Below are positions 27,748-32,000 of a DNA stretch of 32,000 nucleotides, in pieces. Source of the DNA: Candidatus Thorarchaeota archaeon (GTDB lineage Archaea; Asgardarchaeota; Heimdallarchaeia; Hodarchaeales; Hodarchaeaceae); NCBI GenBank assembly GCA_048882505.1, contig JBHLRO010000012.1, positions 1-32,000 on the forward strand. Reading direction: 5' to 3'. The notes beneath the pieces are model-generated. The model searched no databases, was not told the DNA's origin, and worked only from the letters and a program-made list of their open reading frames with translations. Both the position numbers and the translations under genes were made by a program. Numbering within the stretch: position 1 is the stretch's first letter; each line of letters starts with the position of its first letter.

Positions 27748-29823
27748 ATGCCTATGTCTTTTCGTCAAAAAAAGGATAACGGAATCTATTATACCCCAGA
27801 ATCTACACCCTTAATTTCGTTCTTGTGTCAACAATCAATCCTATCCTACATTTATGATATGATTAATAAGGAAACTCAATTCAACTCTGAATTTTTGGAA
27901 AAACCTTCCTTAGATTCGATCGATATACTGCCAGATACTTATTTAGAACAAATTTATGAACACCTTCAAGATATTAGAATCCTGGATGCCTCAGTAGGTT
28001 CAGGAGCCTTTTTAATTAACGCTTTGGGTATCCTTGAACAAATCTATCGAAAATTGGAAAATAGGGGAATATGCGACCTTCCCTTAACCCAAATCAGATC
28101 TCACATTGTCCTAAATAATCTTTTTGGAGTGGATACATCTAAAGAAGCTGCTGAAAAGACTATAGCACGCCTTCGTGATAGCATTATAGATGAATCCAGC
28201 GCTGATCAGGAAGACTCATTTCAAATCCCGATTAGAAAGCATATTCGGCAAGGTAACGCCCTTCTGGGCTCCCTAGATGGCCGCACCTTGACTTCGATCG
28301 AAGGAATAGAATGGTTTGATTGGGAATTAGAGTTCCCTGACGCTTTTAAGGATGGAGGATTCCATATAACGGTAGGGAATCCCCCGTGGAACATTTTAAA
28401 ACCACTTGAAAAAGAATTTTTCTCTTTATATGATTCCGAACTAACCAAATACAGTGTTGATAAGATTAAAGCTAGGAAGAAAATCAAGGAGCTTCTCTCT
28501 GACAGAATTGTTCAACGAGAATGGCTAAGCTATAAATCAAAAATACGAAATCAGGTAAGGTTCTTCAGAAGTGAAGCATATAAACACCAATCCGGGCGGT
28601 TGACGGTAGTTGGAAATAAAAAAACGATTAGTGGTGACTTCAATCTCTATAAATTATTCCTGGAGCGACTTTACGAACTAACGCTCCCAAGTGGGTATTG
28701 TGGGATTATTGTTCCATCGGGTTTCCATACGGATGCAGGAACCAAGGGTTTAAGGGAGCTCGTTTTTGATCAAGGTCAGGTGAAACACCTGCATTGTTTT
28801 GAGAATAGACGTGGGATTTTTCCAAATATCCATAGGTCGTTTAAGTTCGATATTTTGGTTTTCAAGAAAGAAGGAAGCACAAAAAGGTTTCATTCTTCGT
28901 TTATGAATCACAATCCAGAATTCGTGAATGGTTTTCCTAATTCGAGTTTGCGTTTGAATTGGAACAGGATTAAAAATTATTCCCCTTCATCATGGTCAAT
29001 TATGGAATTTAAGACGCCCCTAGATCTTGAAGTCACTGAACATTTGTATAAATATCCTCCCCTTGGGCAAGATATAGAAGGTTCCTGGAAATTTCGTTTA
29101 AAACGAGAACTGGATATAACACTCGACAGTCACTTGTTTAACAAGCATGGGGATGGATTGAAGGTGTTTGAGGGAAAGATGATTGAACAATATAACCCGT
29201 TTTTTAGGGAACCTCGTTTTTGGATTACAGATAACGCGCTTCGTTCCAAATTTGGCCCTGAATACAGGGAACCAGGAGAAATAAGACTAGCTTTCAGAGC
29301 AGTTGCAGCATCGACTAATCGACGCACTATGATAGCAACTATATTGCCCAAGGACGCTGTTTGTGGAAATTCTTTGATTCTCACCAAAATCCTCGCTGAT
29401 GGACATGATTCTGAAAGACTTCTGTACCCCAATGACATATCCTATTTGGCAGGCATTTTTAATAGCTTTGTATTTGATTTCCTTCTCAGATTGAAGATTT
29501 CACAAAATCTCAACATGTTCTTTATTTATGATATGCCAGTACCTCGGATTTCTAGTAGCAATCCTCTTTACAAAAACGTAGCCAGCTCAGTTGACGCTCT
29601 GATGCGAGACCCAACATGCAATTCTCCCTTGATTATAACTAACTCCAGAATGGAGCGTTTGGCCCAGGTGGATTGTTTGGTTGCACAACTTTATGGTCTA
29701 TCTCTTCCTCAGTTTGACCATATTTTAGATCAATTTCATCTTAGGGATAAGAAAAAGGAGCGAAGTCAGTCGAAACACAAAACGCTTGCACGTCAATTAT
29801 ATCAAGATATTCTTACCTCTTGA
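27748..29823 (+). CDS. Eco57I/TaqI-like N6-adenine DNA methyltransferase with C-terminal target-recognition region, no nuclease domain
   Basis: GIYYTP (motif X), ILDASVGSGAFL (motif I), NNLFGVD, FDWELEFP, VGNPPW (motif IV), NLYKLFLER, IIVPSG and TRD-like EGKMIEQY / RTMIATILP. Confidence 0.88.
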   Translation: MPMSFRQKKDNGIYYTPESTPLISFLCQQSILSYIYDMINKETQFNSEFLEKPSLDSIDILPDTYLEQIYEHLQDIRILDASVGSGAFLINALGILEQIYRKLENRGICDLPLTQIRSHIVLNNLFGVDTSKEAAEKTIARLRDSIIDESSADQEDSFQIPIRKHIRQGNALLGSLDGRTLTSIEGIEWFDWELEFPDAFKDGGFHITVGNPPWNILKPLEKEFFSLYDSELTKYSVDKIKARKKIKELLSDRIVQREWLSYKSKIRNQVRFFRSEAYKHQSGRLTVVGNKKTISGDFNLYKLFLERLYELTLPSGYCGIIVPSGFHTDAGTKGLRELVFDQGQVKHLHCFENRRGIFPNIHRSFKFDILVFKKEGSTKRFHSSFMNHNPEFVNGFPNSSLRLNWNRIKNYSPSSWSIMEFKTPLDLEVTEHLYKYPPLGQDIEGSWKFRLKRELDITLDSHLFNKHGDGLKVFEGKMIEQYNPFFREPRFWITDNALRSKFGPEYREPGEIRLAFRAVAASTNRRTMIATILPKDAVCGNSLILTKILADGHDSERLLYPNDISYLAGIFNSFVFDFLLRLKISQNLNMFFIYDMPVPRISSSNPLYKNVASSVDALMRDPTCNSPLIITNSRMERLAQVDCLVAQLYGLSLPQFDHILDQFHLRDKKKERSQSKHKTLARQLYQDILTS

Positions 29824-29852
29824 AATAAGTCTTCATTTTGGTGATTCAAGTA

Positions 29853-30509
29853 ATGGAAAGCCCCTCTCTAAAGAGATTTCTTGAACCAACTTTCTACATT
29901 GATTTCAAGGAAGAATCCGTGGCTAGACTAGCTAAAGAGCTTTTAGGAAGTAATAATGATCCACAAAGGGCCACAAGCAATATTTTTCGCTGGGTTCGTG
30001 ATCATATTCCGTACAGTATAAAGGATTTTCAATTACACGACCCTATTGGTTTCAAAGCAAGTACAACACTCAAGGTCAGGCGGGGCTTTTGTATTCCGAA
30101 GTCTATTACTGTCGTTGCTCTGCTCAGGGCAAATGAAATTCCAGCACGACTTCATTTTGCTGATATAATAAACCATAGAAGCCCCCAGCGGTTTCGAGAT
30201 CTGATGGGCGGCTCGAACGTTTTTGTATTCCATGCATACGCGGAAGCATTCCTTAATGGTAGATGGTATAAAATGACACCATCTTTTGAACAACCTCTAT
30301 GCAAGAAACATGATTATCCCTTGTGCGATTTTGACGGAAAAGGAAACGCGATATTTCAACCATATGATAACTTGGGTAGACCGTTCGTTGAATACATTAG
30401 AGATCGGGGAGTGACGGCAGATCTTCCATTTAATGAAATGGTGAGAGCGATGGTAGACTATTACGGTCCCAAAATAAGTAATGGCAATGGGGATAAGCTG
30501 GGAAATTAA
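29853..30509 (+). CDS. Transglutaminase-like (papain-fold) family protein
   Basis: IFRWVRDHIPY, GFCIPKSITVVALLRANEIPARL (catalytic Cys) and FHAYAEAFLNGRW (His). ATG 29853; the ORF is open from TTG 29838. Confidence 0.87.
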   Translation: MESPSLKRFLEPTFYIDFKEESVARLAKELLGSNNDPQRATSNIFRWVRDHIPYSIKDFQLHDPIGFKASTTLKVRRGFCIPKSITVVALLRANEIPARLHFADIINHRSPQRFRDLMGGSNVFVFHAYAEAFLNGRWYKMTPSFEQPLCKKHDYPLCDFDGKGNAIFQPYDNLGRPFVEYIRDRGVTADLPFNEMVRAMVDYYGPKISNGNGDKLGN

Positions 30510-32000
30510 TGAAAGAAACATCATATGTTCAGCTGATGAAGAAATTCAAGGAAATCGCTATTCTCGAGTCTCTACGCAGCATACTATTTTGGGATCTCAA
30601 TACGGGAATGCCTCCGAATGGTCTGGAGTTTAGATCAGAACAATCAGCCTGGTTGCAGCAGCAGCTACACAAACGCTGGACACATCCTAAATTTCTAGAA
30701 TTAGTTTCGGTATGTGAAAAGAACGACAACTTAGATCCAGTTCAGAAGAGAAATATTGTACTATGTAGACGCGAGGTAGAAAATCGTACTAGTTTACCTC
30801 TAAATCTGGTTCAAGAACTAGCAAAACAGGCAAATCTTACTCAGGAGATCTGGAAAAGAGCGAAGATAACCAATAGTTTTAATAAGGTAAAACCAGCATT
30901 AGCAAGATTATTTGAATTGAATTTAAAACGCGCCTCACTCATTGCGGATAACAAGAATATAAACGACCCCTACAATGCGTTAATCGGATTAAGAGATCCA
31001 GGATTGACGGCAGACTTCCTCACAAGTTTGTTTGATGATGCAAAATCCACCTCGATTAGCTTGATAAAAAGGATCGGAAATTCTACACAAACCGGGGGTC
31101 GGATTTTAGCTCGCGAGGTGCCGTTATCGACGCAAAAGGCAATCATACATGATCTTTCAAAGGTTCTTGGTTATTCTAAAGAGAATGGGAGGATCGATCA
31201 GGTAGAACATCCCATCACGTTTGGTTGTGGTCCCCAAGACGTTAGAGTCACTGTTAAGTATCACAAAACCCACGTATTTAAGGCCATTTCGGCCTTTATT
31301 CATGAATGCGGACACGCGATACATGGTTTGCAAAAAAATCGTGAATGGTTTCATCAACCAGTTAATTTTATTGGTTACCCTTCAATAAGTGAATCCCAGT
31401 CTCGTTTCTTTGAGAATATTATAGGATTAAGTCATGAATTCTGGTCGTTTTATTATCCCAGGTTCCAAAAACTAGCTGAGAGAATATTCGACGATGTTTC
31501 CTTCGATGAATTTTATTCTGCTATTAATACCATTAAACCTGGAAAGATCCGAATTGATGCGGATGAGTTAACATATCTCCTACATATCGTGATCCGTTTT
31601 GAACTGGAACGAGACTTATTTGCTGGCCTAATTGGCACGGATGATCTTCCCGAATTATGGAACGAAAAGTATGAGCGGTACCTTGGTGTAGAAGTTGATT
31701 CCGATTCTAACGGAGTCATGCAGGATATCCACTGGTATTCCCATTATTGGGGTTATTTTTTTGGATATAGCTTAGGAGATATGATCTCTTCCCAATTCTT
31801 GTCAGCGTTAACGCGTGAATTGAAGGATTGGCGCCATTCGCTTGAACAAGGTGAAGTAACTCCCATCCTAACCTGGCTTGCCCAAAATATTCACTCTAAA
31901 GGAGCCCTATTTGATTCTTTAGACCTGGTAAGAAAAGTTTCCGGAGAGGAATTGAAAACTAGGTATTATAAAAACTATCTAAATCAGAAATATATGCAAT
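30509..32000 (+). CDS. Carboxypeptidase M32 (Taq/Pfu-type); C-terminus just beyond the window
   Basis: Hand translation from ATG 30509 (TAATG overlap with the upstream stop), open to 32000 (497 codons). Motifs: WDLNTGMP, DVRVT, HECGH (31301-31315), SESQSRFFEN, IRIDADELTY, LPELWN and GVMQDIHW. Missing from the ORF track. Confidence 0.93.
   Translation, partial: MKETSYVQLMKKFKEIAILESLRSILFWDLNTGMPPNGLEFRSEQSAWLQQQLHKRWTHPKFLELVSVCEKNDNLDPVQKRNIVLCRREVENRTSLPLNLVQELAKQANLTQEIWKRAKITNSFNKVKPALARLFELNLKRASLIADNKNINDPYNALIGLRDPGLTADFLTSLFDDAKSTSISLIKRIGNSTQTGGRILAREVPLSTQKAIIHDLSKVLGYSKENGRIDQVEHPITFGCGPQDVRVTVKYHKTHVFKAISAFIHECGHAIHGLQKNREWFHQPVNFIGYPSISESQSRFFENIIGLSHEFWSFYYPRFQKLAERIFDDVSFDEFYSAINTIKPGKIRIDADELTYLLHIVIRFELERDLFAGLIGTDDLPELWNEKYERYLGVEVDSDSNGVMQDIHWYSHYWGYFFGYSLGDMISSQFLSALTRELKDWRHSLEQGEVTPILTWLAQNIHSKGALFDSLDLVRKVSGEELKTRYYKNYLNQKYMQ

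Noticed and set aside
16502-29823. A mobile element or defence island bounded by the two methyltransferases
   Set aside because: No integrase, transposase, tRNA or terminal repeats were seen, and the intervening genes are housekeeping (corA, GH13, pyr).
4604-31719. The remaining short ORFs (about 60-130 aa) nested in or antisense to annotated genes, e.g. 8571-8942, 24207-24596, 29130-29438, 31157-31357, 31513-31719
   Set aside because: They fully overlap well-supported genes in other frames or strands and have no family motifs.

Overview
This 32 kb window is gene-dense, archaeal-type chromosomal DNA. An Asgard/Heimdallarchaeia-like host is an inference from gene style and protein types, not a database result. 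The supplied ORF track misses the two edge genes: (1) a giant secreted, sequon-rich surface protein on the minus strand (3788 to <1, >1262 aa) with a 624-bp/208-aa tandem repeat, and (2) an M32 carboxypeptidase (30509 to >32000). Between them lie a divergent class II GAPDH plus PfkB kinase, a thiolase, a membrane-anchored alkaline phosphatase, an LLM-class oxidoreductase, an NADP-dependent MDR oxidoreductase, a PA-domain M28 hydrolase plus an APC permease with two USP-like domains, a 111-aa DUF3467-like protein ending in an HbYX-like tail, an orphan N4C/N6A-type methyltransferase, CorA, a GH13 glycosidase, a seven-gene pyrimidine cluster (pyrE, F, C, K, D, I, B), an orphan Eco57I/TaqI-like methyltransferase and a transglutaminase-like protein. 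No rRNA, tRNA, CRISPR array or transposase was recognised. The best leads are the repeat-expanded surface glycoprotein with its upstream palindromic CGAATATTCG sites, the candidate proteasome-docking small protein (C-terminal FYV), and the permease plus non-canonical M28 hydrolase pair.
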